Source: Rotaria socialis
Taxonomy: Eukaryota
DNA length: 64,000 nt
Reading direction: 5' to 3'
Assembly: GCA_905331295.1 (NCBI GenBank)
Contig: CAJNYD010000225.1
Location: 124,001-188,000, forward strand
This document shows, piece by piece, positions 14,702 through 28,257 of the stretch. The position numbers were made by a program, and so were the translations under genes. Every line of letters begins with the position of its first letter. Position 1 is the stretch's first letter. Under the pieces are notes generated by a model that was given only the letters and a program-made list of their open reading frames with translations, made no database searches and was not told where the DNA came from.

Positions 14702-16014
14702 ATGTTAGAAAATAGTAACTATACTATCACATCATGTAAGAACGATCTTCTTTTCTTTTAGTAATTGTAAATAAAATATCTTCTTTAGTAAATACGGGTG
14801 CTTTTAAACGTACAAAGCAAAATGATGGAACAATATTAAATCATTCATTTAATTCATCTCTATCTCATCCACAAGAACAGCAACAGCAACAGCAACAACA
14901 ACAACAACAACAACAACGTAATCATTCATCAGCTCGTCGTCGACATCGAACTACATTTACACAAGAACAACTTAATGAACTTGAGTTATCATTTTCTAAA
15001 GGTCATTATCCTGATATATATTTACGTGAGGAATTAGCACGAACAACAAAATTGAACGAAGCCCGTATACAGGTAATAATAAAGATATTTTTATCATACA
15101 GAAAAAAAAAGAAATCTGTTTATCATTATTATCCCTTGAGATAGACATGAAAAAAAATGTCTATGTATAAATTCCATTTATAGCGATTTTCCACTTGAAT
15201 CATATGCCGTCTGTTATGGTAACACGGTTCATTTGATGGTACAATTTCCAGATTGAATCTAGCTTGTTTCACACATCAGAATATATATATTCTCTTTACA
15301 TTCTTTCACTTTTTTCTTTCTGTCTTATTTTTCCGAGATCAAGACGTGTCATTTTGAACAACTGTTCAGATATCGACAAATAAAACTTGGGCATATGGAC
15401 TTTTCCTTTTGAATAGTGTCATTTCTGTGTTCTTGTAATATAACCTTCTTCCACATGTCATATTAAATTATGTTTATGCATCGATGAATATTGATCAAAA
15501 AAGGAGAAAAAAAAATCAATTTCTTTTCTTTTTTTTACAGGTGTGGTTTCAAAATCGAAGAGCAAAAGCTCGTAAACAATCACATAATTCTTCGTCATCG
15601 GGTAGTGCATCCCTATCATCTGTTCGTTTATCATCAAAACCATTTTCAACCAATCCAACATCATCATCATCATCATCATTTCATCAGATGTTTAATGGAC
15701 GAGCTAATGCATCAACTTCATCTCCAACAAGTATTATGATGACAACAGATCCGTCTATGTTTTATTCAACATTTCCACCATCTTCATGTGATTTTAATGC
15801 TCGCTCAACTATTGTAAGTTAATGCTCAAAGAAAAACAAAACAATAAAAGAATAAATAGTGAAAATTATCATATCGTTTGTATTTTAGGAAAATAGCATG
15901 TCATTTCATTCTCAATATCCACAACAACATCAGAATACAGAAGATGAATATACAAGAAACATGCGTATGCAAGATTTAATCAATCAACATTCAAATCTAT
16001 ATCATCATACATAA
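14702..16014 (+). CDS. Prop/unc-42 family homeobox gene, copy 2, tandem paralog (exons 14702-14735, 14789-15072, 15541-15813, 15889-16014)
   Basis: Homeodomain [63 protein letters not shown] motif shared with copy 1, same intron arrangement, and a CAG/CAA poly-Q tract. The start exon is inferred. Confidence 0.87.
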
Positions 16015-16399
16015 ATGAAACAAATGTAGAAGGAGTCACGCGTCACAGGTGATAGATATCTGTTTTTCGCTCTGTAAATGTGTGTGCGTTTTGTTTATTT
16101 CATTTTCATTTCATATTATATCATAAATAATTATTCAAATTAATTTTACTTCAAAGATTCAATATGAATTAGTTTCTATGTTGAAATATTGCACACAAAT
16201 GAGTTTACTTATTAAAATGAATACTATCGTTCAATCATTAGTAGCTTCACAGTTGATATTGACTGTTTTTTTTTTATTATTATAGTAAAATCGATCAGAT
16301 TTATCATGTTCTCTTGTAAACGAAATTTGAAAAAAAAACAAGAGAATCAACTTGAATCAATATACAGTATGTTCTCGTAAGATAAAAATATGTATAAAA

Positions 16400-18450
16400 G
16401 AATTCATGAACCAGGACCCGTTTGATTCCGGCGGAAACTGACATGCGTTCGATCGCATCGGGAAATTTGGATCCAAGCACTATTTTACATCAGCAATACT
16501 CAATTACTAGGAAGATTTTATTCAGATACGATAAGTATAATTGTTCAACATACTTTTTCCTATAAAAATGTAGCTGTAAACAGTTACGAAATTACAATTT
16601 ATTTAAAACAACGAGGCAATTCATTTCAGACTCTGAAATAATGTATGTACTGAAGTAATAAGAAGTCAGGAGCAAATCAAATCAGCAATCATAGGAATCA
16701 TCAGTAGATCTAACAACATTGAATCTACTTGATACATTGGTGAAAGTTATTTTGTAATACGAAACGGAATACTAATTTCATAAAAAAACAAAAATTTGAA
16801 CACAAATCACAATGAACATGTATCAGAGTGAGTGTAGATCTAACAATACGATAAGCTTTTTCCAATTGTTTTGATCGAATCATTGGATTCTTTGATATGA
16901 AGATCAACGCTATAGAATCTATTCGTTTGTGTATCAACACATCGAAGAAGTATTTCGATCAAGAAAAAGAGAGTCATAAAAGAAAAAAGATGAATATTTG
17001 TACAAGTAGAACTTTTAGTTCGTGAAATAGATGAGAAATATAGTAAAAAAGAATGTAGCTAAAGTAATTGTTGAATCACAACCTTGGCAATAAACTATAC
17101 ATGTATCTCGAGTAGTTTTTTTTTTCATGCTTTAACAAAAATGATTAATGATGTAACACAATGTTGTAACTATTAAGATAATGTATTTTCACATTTTTTT
17201 CAATTTTTTTCGGGTGGAAATATAAAGTGATTGTTTCTCGATAGGATTTCATTTGAATTTACATCATTTCATATTGTTCTATCTAAACTATATTCTAGGT
17301 ACCGATTGAGTTTTGGATTTGTAAGGTTTGTTCTTCGTGCTGAATTCCAAAGAAATAATTTCTTTCCCACTAAATTCTAATAGTTCAGGCCCACCTTCAA
17401 TGGTTTCAGTATCGAACAAATCTGACTGTATACGCACAGAAGAGAATCGTTTGAGCAATAACACGATTTCAATCATCAAATAAAATTCATTAGGATGTTC
17501 ATCGCTATGAATTAGTAAACTACCACTTTTACACCAAATCACATCAAAGAAATAAAGAACCATGATACTACGTTAAGTAAATGTTATAATAAGGAATACT
17601 CAATGTTAACTCAATGCTATTTTATTAGATTTCGAGGCAATCACTATTGACTAAATAACTATAACTAAACCACCTCCCCCCTTCCCTACAATAAAAGACC
17701 CCGTGTCTTCTATTATGTTGCAGCGTAAAAATTTCCCAGGGGGATCTTGTATTAAGAACCTCATTTTTTCCTAATATTTAATTAAAAAGGTTTTCCAGAA
17801 AACTAAGGCGATTTTCAGGATTTCCATCAGAATTTTCAGGGTTGTAAGGGTGTCATTATAATTGTGAACGCATTCTCTTAATATTTCCAGCTTAAAATGT
17901 TAAGAATCAGGCATATTTTGATGGAAAAACGCTAATTAAAGCTCGTAATTAGCAGAAAATTAATTAATTAAAGGGGGGTCTTCAATAATGGGGGGAGGGG
18001 TTTAGATTTTTTTCTGTCGGTTAGAAGAAGAATTTTCTTCGTATTCAACTTTTTCTCTGGATTCAAGTTTATAATCGATCAAAATTCACATTGCTGTTTC
18101 AGGAATTATTGTTCGTTTATATAACTTTTTGTTTCGATGAACCACTGCTAAGATTTTATTACATAAGTACTATCCATGTCCTCGAAATCGTCGATTCTCA
18201 CTGAACTGTTCACAATGGGTAATATTATGGGAAATCGTATATGAGCTTGAGGAGACCCTATGATAAGCAGTCTAATTCTATCCACCGATTTCATCAAAAA
18301 CGCGTCGTTGCTTGTTGAATCTTGATTTTGTTGGTAAAATTGACAAAAAATCATCAGCTTTGATGGCATATCGCGATTTTGATGATACGGGTAATGGTTA
18401 ACATCGATTGATATATCACTTTCTACATCCACACCCTCAGTCTGTCAATA
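16400..18450 (-). pseudogene. Possible decayed coding sequence of unknown family
   Basis: Several protein-like minus-strand fragments (18148-18432, 17288-17563, 16725-16940) broken by stops and an inserted element. No recognisable motif. Confidence 0.3.
17665..18004. mobile_element. Degenerate MITE-like element
   Basis: Imperfect inverted termini CTAAACCACCTCCCCC...AAGACCCC and GGGGTCTTC..GGGGGAGGGGTTTAG. Confidence 0.5.
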
Positions 18451-19232
18451 GGTGTTATAAATTGAACTTTAATAGATATCATTTGAAATGAGCAAACAGT
18501 ATTTACAGCGTGTTCAAACGTAATTAGTAAGTTATTGTGTCGATGAATTACGATCTACTTGTAAAGAATAGCTAAGAAGAAGATGATTGGGCTGATTTTC
18601 GTATGGTTTCAAAATGGGATCAACACAAATCATCTCTTTATTTATAGAGTTTTCTTAGCATCTGAGAGCAAAATTACAAGCATACTACTGTCTGTATTTG
18701 AGCGTCGTCAATGGAAGCTATATATAAACTGAATTAAGATAATCTATTCGATAGTTTTATGTCTAATAGAATCTGACAGAATCAAGTCTCATTGATATAA
18801 TTTCATATTGATGTAACATAGTATGTAAGACTTCTCTGTACACGATATGAACTAGAATAATGTCAATACTAATTGTTCTATACATGATAATATGAAGATA
18901 CTATTATTTTTTTTATTAAGATGGTTATCTGGTCTCGGATTGCAAGTTTTTGAAAATGTAGGAATTAGCACAGGATCAAACTTTTTAAAAATACAGGAAA
19001 ATGTGTAAAAAATCAGAAAAAAATAGGATATCGAAAATTCGTTGTTTATATTCGAATTAAACGTTGTTTTAAACTTTTCCTGCATCAACTTAACACATGC
19101 ACGAAATTTTTGCCAATATTTCATTTTAATTCTTTCTTAAATTAAATTAAATTAAATGAGCCAGACACAATTAAATTCAATCGAAATATGTTTATTTACA
19201 TATTAATAAACTAATACAAAATAAATCAGGGC

Positions 19233-19390
19233 AGAGATGGGCAAGTCAAGTCATTTTTGACTTAAAACCAGTCAAGTCAAGTCAGTTTTGACTTGACTTG
19301 ACTTGACTTGGAATTTTCTTGGACTGAACTATGACTTGACTTGACTTGACTTGAAATTCTCAAAAAATGACTTGACTTGACTTGAATGTA
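19233..19390. repeat. GACTT/AAGTC pentamer array, probably a transposon subterminal region, truncated by the gap
   Basis: AGAGATGGGCAAGTCAAGTC followed by tandem (GACTT)n in both orientations, directly before the N run. Confidence 0.65.
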
Positions 19391-19401
19391 TGTTGAACAA
19401 G

Positions 19402-19501
19402 NNNNNNNNNNNNNNNNNNNNNNNNNNNNNNNNNNNNNNNNNNNNNNNNNNNNNNNNNNNNNNNNNNNNNNNNNNNNNNNNNNNNNNNNNNNNNNNNNNN
19501 N
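19402..19501. other. Assembly gap (100 N)
   Basis: Run of 100 n. The round size suggests a gap of unknown length. Confidence 1.
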
Positions 19502-20180
19502 CAGTTAGGGGGTAATTAGAGTGGGCAATTAGTGGGAGGGGGCGGAAAATCTCAGCTTAAAATTTACACACACTATTTTCTTCGAAAATATATGTGAGTT
19601 CCATAAAATTGATCCGCCATTGTTATGAGAATTTCGAAATTTAATAGCATTCGATATTTTTCAGAATCTATTATACATATTAATTTATTCTAAAAGAGAT
19701 CTTCATGTGGCTTTGAAACAAGTGATCCAACATACTAAAAAAAAATAAACAGAAGCTATAAAGTTGATAACAGGGGCCAGGGATGACTATGTGGACAGTG
19801 TATAAAAGATGCTCACGCTTATGAGCGTGAGCTGTATACCAATACCCAATATAATACCTCTAGAATTTATCTCTGCCTTTTTGAGAAATCAATTACACTA
19901 TTCAGTATTTTGCTGTTAATTCACTCCTGCAGATATGCTCGTTTAGGTACATACTTAGTCACACCCTCATCCTTTGTGTCCTAAATTGTACGCTGTAAGA
20001 ACCATATGAATGATGATAGAATTCACTTTGAGGAAATCTTAAAGTTGAACATCACAGAAGAATCTGAGTATTTTATTTGTGAAGAGGATTTTGAAATAAG
20101 CTAATTAAAACAAATGGCTGGAAAAATATGCGCATCACTCATTTTCAGTGAGGATGGCCATATATATATTTTATGTGAAT

Positions 20181-20310
20181 CAGAGACCGAAGCGAACCGA
20201 CTTTTTTTCGGTTCTGGTTTGACTCGGTTCGACCGTATTTTGAAAAGTTCGGTTCGGTTCTACTATGCTTTTAAAAATCCCATTCGGCTGTGGTTCGGTT
20301 TCGGTCTCTG
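20181..20310. mobile_element. Short MITE-like element with GGTTC repeats
   Basis: Termini CAGAGACCGAAGCGAACC / GGTTCGGTTTCGGTCTCTG. No TSD visible. Confidence 0.55.
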
Positions 20311-21924
20311 CATCAAATATATGTCAAGTCGTTTTCTCACAATGCAGCCATTCATGCATCGATGCACTTTTCATTTCGTACCTGTTTCGTAAAACATAAC
20401 GGTATGATATAGAGGCGATAATTTCGCTATTAAATTTTGAATCATTTCGAGCCAAACTTCAATCCGCACATTGTTTAAAAATCAAAGTCAGATGGCTTCG
20501 CGTGAGCAACTTCATACAAAAACTTTGAGTTAAATCAATCCGAAAGATATTATGGCAATTGAGGATTTATTCCAAACTCGCTGTGGTGTTCAGGAAAAAA
20601 GTTTGTTTTTACATCCACCCAAGAGAACAAATTAAAGTGGGCATTTTGCTTCAATGTATTTATATTCTTCCTTGACTTGGTTGAAAATAAGCTCAAAATA
20701 GCGTAATTACTAACATTTCAAAAATAATTTCAGCTTGTCTTTAATTTAGGTCAGTCGCTACAGCTAATGGAAAATAAGGGTGATTTACTTATATATTTGT
20801 ATCTTTTCTTTTATTTACTTCCATTAAAAATTCAAAATGAAAATGGAAATATTAAACTTTTCTCTCTGATTATTTCGTTTTTCTATTTCGGTCCATTGGT
20901 ACAATGTATTCAAAGTGAATATATCGTTTCACATATGTCTTTATAAATCTTATATTTTTCTATCTTTTTTTCAATATCAAACAAATCGTGTAAGTATAAA
21001 AATATTTTATAAATAGCTATTTCTTTTTTTTTCTATTTAGATTCGTCGCAACTATACATGAGAAAGAGCTATGAAGATCGCTTTCTGACATATGGGACAG
21101 CCCAGTCAGACAAACGCCTTGAAAAATGCGTTACAGCGAATACATATTTTGACGCTGTCATGTTGTAAGACGTTAAAATATCTTAAAATGTCGTAAAAAC
21201 GCCGTATTTATGATTTCATGCATTTTGCATCTACATCTCCTAATAGAATTTCTTACGCCCCGCACCCTATACACCTCTCCAGACAAATATGTGCTATTTT
21301 TAGCACATGTACTTATAAAGATTTTAAAAATTGATCAACAATTTTTTAAAACTATGAGAAATATATACGTTATAAATTTCTAGAAAAATAAGAAATATGT
21401 TAGCAAATTTTTGAAAAACTGGAACAAAACGTTTTTAAATCATTTTTAAATTCTTTTTGAGGAAATATATTTCTAAAACAAATTTTTCCTAATTTATTTA
21501 AATATTTAAAAAAATAATTTTTATTTCCACAGAAATAATTTTTTAAATGCAAAATATTGGTATTTTTTTCATGAAGATAAAAAATGTAATAACAATTCTT
21601 CCGCTTACCTTTATATCACCTTCAGTTTCCTATAAAATTTCGTTCGATTTAAGTAGCATTTCTTACTTCATCGTCTTATCGTACGGCTGACCGAATGGAT
21701 AACATCTTGGACTATCAACCAATTCATCTCATGATCGAACCTAGGACAGCGCAGTTAGTTCCAAAACCTTAATTTTAATCTGGTAGATAAATTACAAAAA
21801 TCCCCTGTGACATGCATTGTAAACACAAACGAAAAAAGATCATAGTGTACTCATTTGTGTTTTAATTCTTTTTCTGAAAGATTGTTAGCACGCTTTTTAA
21901 GGCGCTTGTCTGAATGGAAATTGT

Positions 21925-22755
21925 AATAAACCCTTTTTGGGTATGGAACCAAAGTAATAAACCCTTTGGAAGGGTTTATGAAAGTGCAACGTATCATAAA
22001 CCCTTGAAGGGTATATTAATATACGGCTTTTCTTTTACAGCATACTTGGAGTTACTTCAAGCTACTCTAAGCTGGTTTAAGCCTAATTTGATTAAAGTAC
22101 TTTCTTATACTTTGCCGTACTTTTCTACTTCAAGTCTGCCTTTTCCCCCTTGGATACAAAGCATTAACAAACTTTATTTCACTTTGAACAGAATCTCTCA
22201 GCATTTTTCGATGTACTTTTATCCTTTAGATTTTTAATTACGGTTTTTCGTAAGTTTTACATTTCTTAAAATTAAAACTACTTGAGATGACGACAAAACT
22301 CTAAATCAAAAGCGTTTTCCCAGAAACCGAAATTCCTTCGGAAACCCTTTCAGAAACTCACAAACGTATCCGGAAAAGTTTTCGGCTCTAAGTTGAGTTT
22401 TTGAAATCATCTTATTGGTTTCCAAGGCCCCCGAAACGGTTCGGTTTTCGATAGTTCGGATAGGAAACCATTAACAATATTCTCAGAAACCATCAAACAA
22501 TATTCGAAATCGGAAAATTATCCCCGGAAACCGTTCTCGTTTTGAAAACCTTCTCGGAAACTTAAAGCGTGTCTTCAGCAACCTGTTGGTTTTGAACAAC
22601 TTTTTGTTCTAGAACCTTTTGGGTTTCCGGAGATTGGAAATATTGAAAGGGTATGCCAGAATACTAGCTTGGTTTCCGAACATATCTCGGAAATCCTTCC
22701 AGATTTCCAAATTATTAGAAACCTAGGAGTTTCCGAGAAAATGTCTTGGAAACCG
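21925..22755. repeat. Region rich in GAAACC/AAACCCTT motifs, probable decayed DNA transposon
   Basis: Many dispersed GGAAACC/GGTTTCC and AAACCCTT copies in both orientations. Overlapping ORFs look spurious. Confidence 0.5.
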
Positions 22756-23113
22756 GGGTGTGGGTGTGAGTAGGAATAAGTGTCCATCGAGACCCACACT
22801 CACACCCTCAAGATAAGACAACTATGCTCTTGTCCTTAATGATCCCACTGTCCATGACTAAAATCTAGAATACTTCGTTCGACTGTATCGATATAGTCTC
22901 AGATTTTAATGTCACTCTCTTCATTAGACAGACAAGATGATTAGTCATATTTTGAAACTCACAGCGTTCTGCTATAAAACTTTTCTGTCTCACGAATCAC
23001 CAATCGTGATAACCGTTTGATATAAATGACTGAACAAGGAAACATTAAGATATTTGTGAAAAAATATGCATTTTATCTTTTAGAAATAAGTATTCACTTA
23101 ATCGATATAAAAA

Positions 23114-24030
23114 ATGTCCGCTGAATCTAGGCCAGATGTTTCTTACACCGCTGTACCAACAAAGTAAGTCAAATGTGAATTAATGACGAAATAAAAAACA
23201 CACTTACATGTGCATACTGAGAAAATGTTTTTGTCGAACAGTTTTGTTTGATGTAATTATTCTGTTGATAATCATTCTAGTGAACCGTCGCGACCAAGGA
23301 ACCGGTGCACATATCTGTTGGTTGGTACTATTATTATTTTATTAATATGTGGTGCTATCGGATATTTCCTTTTACGTCATGAACGACGAAAGGAAACAAT
23401 CCATACACAAACAATAACAACAGGTATGCATTAAAGACTTCTCCCAAACGAACGAAGCAAACCAGTAATAGTCTCTAACTAAATAATTCATTTAGACGAT
23501 GATACCCAAGATCTGTGTACAACTCCAGAATGCATCCAAGCAGGTAGGTACCTTGAGTTACGTTTTTGAAATATTTTTATTATCCTTTTAGCACACGCTC
23601 TTCTCGAAAGTATTGACGAAACAGTCGATCCCTGTGAAAACTTTTATCAGTTTAGTTGTGGGAAATGGATTAAAAATGCAAAAATACCAGCTGAGAGTAA
23701 GTGCCTTCGCTAACAAAATGAAGACGAAAATTCACCTCTTTGCAGATTCCAAACTAAATTCACTATCGCAAATGAAGACAAATTTGCAGAATGCACTTGT
23801 TGGTATGTGTTATTGCTCTTCTTTTTATCCGTTTTAACTCCATTTTCATCCTATATTTCAATTTGAATCGACAAGAATCAAACAAAGCAGAAAAAGAAAA
23901 AAAAACACACATAAAAACGTATATCCCTTTTTATATTTCCTTTCATACGTTCTCTCCTCTCATATCTCATCACATACCGATGACGTTTCTTTTCTTGCAC
24001 AGGGATAAATTTAGTACATGAAGAGAGACA

Positions 24031-24061
<31 letters not shown>

Positions 24062-27000
24062 TCAAAGAATGCAATGGATGCCACCATAACGAAACACAAA
24101 GCAGAATATAGAAGATATATCCTAACTAAATTTATATCATGACCATCGGCCATGACAGTATGGCCGATTATCTTTATTCTTTAATATTTCTACTAGACAA
24201 ACATCTTGTAAGCAAGATCTTGGCCAAGATACAAGGTACAGATATGTTAACAGATCTTGGAAATTCAGGTGCAAGATAACTGTATTATCTTGTACCCAAG
24301 ATATCTAATTACAGATCTTACATAAGAAGCCATTAAATCTTGGATGCACACTAAAATAACACCTGCTGCATTCTTTAATATTTTTCCAATTTATTTTTCC
24401 AATTTATTTTCATTTTAATTATCCCTCTCCCGAATTCCAGCAAGTCAGATGTTGGGATCTGACTGGCTATAAATTGGTCCGATATTCGTCAGACCAATTA
24501 GGGAAGTCCTCTCTCGATCATCGATCGAGATTAGCATTCTCTCGAATAATCGAGAAATAGTTGAGAAAAAAAAGATTTTGAAAATGTGTATTTCGTATGT
24601 TCAATCATGTTGTTTATATACAGCTGTGTATGCATTTAAAAAACGGTGAATGACTAGAGAGCATGTAAATACACTAATGATGTCGCTTCTGTTTCGTTCA
24701 AGATCTTATCAGAAGATAATAGTACACGATATTTTCCCCATGATCTTACTAAGATCTTAAGTACAGATTTATCGGATACAACCAAGATATGTACATACAA
24801 ATTATCTTTTTAAGATCTTAATAAGATCTTACTTACCGATCCCAAGATTTTCAAATCTCGCTTACAAGATGTTCGACAAGGGTCCTCTTATTCATTTTTA
24901 AAGATTTGCTTTCATCATCACCAATCAATGAAAGAACAGAACCAAAAGCAATTATCAATGCTCGCCGTTGGTACAATTCATGTATCAACGAAAGTGCAAT
25001 CGAAGAGGAAGGTGTTGATGTCATACTTTCATTCATCAATAAAGAACTTGGTGGATGGCCTATCTTGTTAGGTGATAAATGGGATGGATCAACATTTGAC
25101 CCCTATCGTGTAATACTCACATTAAGTCAATATAATCATTTCATGCCATATAGAGTAGAGACAACTATCGATCTCAAGAATTCATCATTGCGAAGCATTA
25201 GAGTGAGACTCAGTACTTAGAAATGTTGATGATGATTCTTTATCTTTCAGATAAAGCCATCTATTGATTTAACAGTCAATTTGATACCCACGACCGTAGA
25301 TCTCGAAAAAACTGCAACTTACTTAGCAATCTTCCAGAAGTTTGCTGCAGCATTGGCCAAGGATTCATCAACAATCACGATTGATACTTTAGGTGTATTA
25401 AAGCTTGAATTGCGAATTCAACTAGTAAATCTTTTTTTTTCAAGTATATTTTTACTATATTTTTGGTAAATAGGCTTATCTTAGGAGTCAAATTCTATCG
25501 CTAAACATTGTTCTTCGTGCATCAATTGGTAATCTTGCTCTTGCAAATTTCCTAGGTGTAAGTATAGATTCTCACATTAAATACTGTGTTCTCGTCATAT
25601 CCTTATTTAGCATGACTTCATTAATTATGTTGAATCCCTTTATCGATCTGCAAATGTATATCTGATGGATACAGATATTGTAACAGTGATTTTTCCTGAG
25701 ATCATTCATGCTATTACATCAATTTTTGAAGAAGAATCACCTCGTACTGTACAGAATTTTTTAATATGGCACTTTATGATTGATCAAGCTTGGAAAATGC
25801 CAAAGAAATTTAGAGATTTGGAACAACAATATAGACGTTTATTTGATATGATAAGTGAGGAGAAGGCGCGCACAGTCAGATGTGCTGAATATCTCGGTGA
25901 AACTATGGGGCCTGTGATCTCTATGACTTATACAAATAAATATTTTAATAAGGATAGTCGAAAAGAGGTGCTTATAATACCGAATCGTTATAAAGTTATC
26001 GTCCATCGTTCTTTCTTTTTTTCTAGCCTAAAGCCATGGTCAACAATATTCGTGATGTCTTTATTAATATGGTCAATCGATCGACATGGATGGATTCGCA
26101 CTCAAAAACTTGGACAATTAAAAAAGTAGGATGATCAATAAAATAATCATACAATAATATTACAATAAATTTTATACAGGTTCAAGATATAAAATCAAAA
26201 GTTGGTTATCCTGATTATTTTGAGAACGCCTACATGATTCAACTTGAGAAACAATATGCTGACGTATAACCAAAATAATTTATAATTTTTCTTCATAATA
26301 TTTTATATATATTTTTTTAAAATCTAGTATAATTTCAATTCATCTTTGATGTTAAATGCTTTGAAATTAATTCAACTTAATTCAAAAAATTCACTTCGAA
26401 CACTTCGTGATCCGGTTGATAAAGACGAATGGATGATTACTCTACCAACAACTCTCACTGCCACATATCACATATTACTAAATGATATTAGTAGGAGATG
26501 CTTTCTAACAATAACATTTAGTTTATTCGATGCCTTCTTTAGCTATTCCTGCAGCTTTTCTTCAAAAACCACTTTTCAGCAACAATCTACCAAAGTAAGA
26601 GGGATATTTTTTAATATTGCAATGTATTTTTGGCATTTGATAGGTACATCAACTATGGTGGTAGGGATAAGTTCGATTTGAAAATAAAATGAGTAAATAG
26701 GTACTCTCTTTAGGAATTGGTTTTGTTATTGGACATGAGATGGTACATGGTTTTGATGATGATGCACGAAGATATGATATGCATGGGAATGAATTTTCGC
26801 TATGGACCAATATGACAATTGAAGCATTTCATGAACTCAAACAGTGTATAGTCGATCAATACAACAGTTACACATTGGCTCAAGTTAATCAACAGGTTTC
26901 CTTTTTGTTTTCTTTAATTCTCAGCTTGTTCCGACAAATATATTTTTGTCATTTAGGTGAAAGGTGAACGTACAAAAGATGAAAACCTTGCTGATATTGT

Positions 27001-27410
27001 TGGGTTGAAACTGGCTTTCTACGTAAGTTTCATCATTCATTAATTGCAAATTCGAAGGTTTTTATTTTCAAGGCTTATCGAAAATGGGCTCAAAGTCATA
27101 GAAACGTCGACAAAAAATTACCAGGTCTTACAAAGTATTCAGCCGAACAAATATTTTTTCTTAGTTTTGGTCATGCATGGTGTGAGAAAATGTCCAACGC
27201 TGCTGCAGAGTCTTATTTGATAGCAGATATACATTCACCTCCTGAATTCAGGTAGACTATTCATTTCCCACAGATCGTTATGTATTCTCATGAATGAGTT
27301 TTGTCTTTAGAGTAATTGGTTCTACGTCGAATTTCGTCGAATTCGATCAATCATTTGACTGTAAACCTAGTCAAAGAAATAGTCGAGTAGACAAATGTAA
27401 TGTGTGGTAA
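23114..27410 (+). CDS. M13 family zinc metallopeptidase (neprilysin/ECE-like), type II membrane protein, multi-exon
   Basis: N-terminal TM segment. Motifs [39 protein letters not shown], zinc motif [10 protein letters not shown] (~26731), ENLAD, HSP..FRV, and C-terminal CNVW followed by a stop. Confidence 0.93.
24140..24882. repeat. AAGATCTT-rich insertion in the long neprilysin intron
   Basis: Repeated AAGATCTT/AGATCT motifs in an intron of about 1.1 kb, where the other introns are mostly short. Preceded by a (GA)n run at ~24033-24057. Confidence 0.45.
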
Positions 27411-27791
27411 TACACGGTTACTCTTATTTCGAGTAGTGACAACGAATAAGATATTGACATTTAATTATTCAAACTCGTTATATTTATCCATGATCATATT
27501 ACGTTTTTATTGTATTCTCATTGTTATGCGTGATATTTTTCATTATTTAATAATAATCTAAATTCACTTTTTTTGTTTCCGGTGGTTATCAATTTTTTGC
27601 TAAACGATTGACTAAAATAAGTAATGATTCCCGTAACTCATAGAGTTCAATTGAATAGATCTAATACAATGTAAATATTTTTCGAAAGAAAAAGCGTCTG
27701 AACCGCGTTTTGTTTCTATCGGAATCACATCCATGAAACGCATGGAAGCGTATTCCCAGTGATGCATTTCTTACGTTCAGACGTATTCCGT

Positions 27792-28257
27792 CACAGAAAA
27801 AAAACGAGGTGTAGTACTGAACCCAAAAAGGAATTTTAGACGGAAAAAAGATTTTGAGTTCGTTTCAATTCTCGGAACCATTTTAGGTTCGGTAGAGACC
27901 ACTATGAAAAATTCGAAAAATTGTCCTGAGCCAATAACAAGCAATTTTAGACAGTTGAAGTTTGGCGCGAAACCTTTCGAGGATTTCGTGCTGCCGACTA
28001 AAATAGTTTGGTACAGCGCAGAAAAAACTGTATGATTTCGAAACCATTTTGGTAGGCAATACGAAAACCTCGAAAGGTTTCGCGCCAAACTTCAACTGTC
28101 TAAAATTGCTTGTTATTGGCTCAGGACACTTTTTCGAATTTTTCATAGTGGTCTCTACCGAATCTAAAATGGTTCCGAGAATTGAAACGAATTCAAAATC
28201 TTTTTTCCGTCCAAAATTCCTTTTTGGGTTCAGTACTCCACCTCGTTTTTTTCAGCG
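27792..28257. mobile_element. Fold-back MITE with ~215-bp inverted arms
   Basis: CACAGAAAAAAAACGAGGTGTAGTACTGAACCC... pairs with ...GGGTTCAGTACTCCACCTCGTTTTTTTCAGCG. Near-identical peptides appear on opposite strands in the ORF track (27777 - and 28049 +). Confidence 0.9.

Noticed and set aside
19240..19390. (GACTT)n array as a telomere or satellite
   Set aside because: It is short, present in both orientations and starts next to a TIR-like end, which fits a transposon subterminal repeat better.
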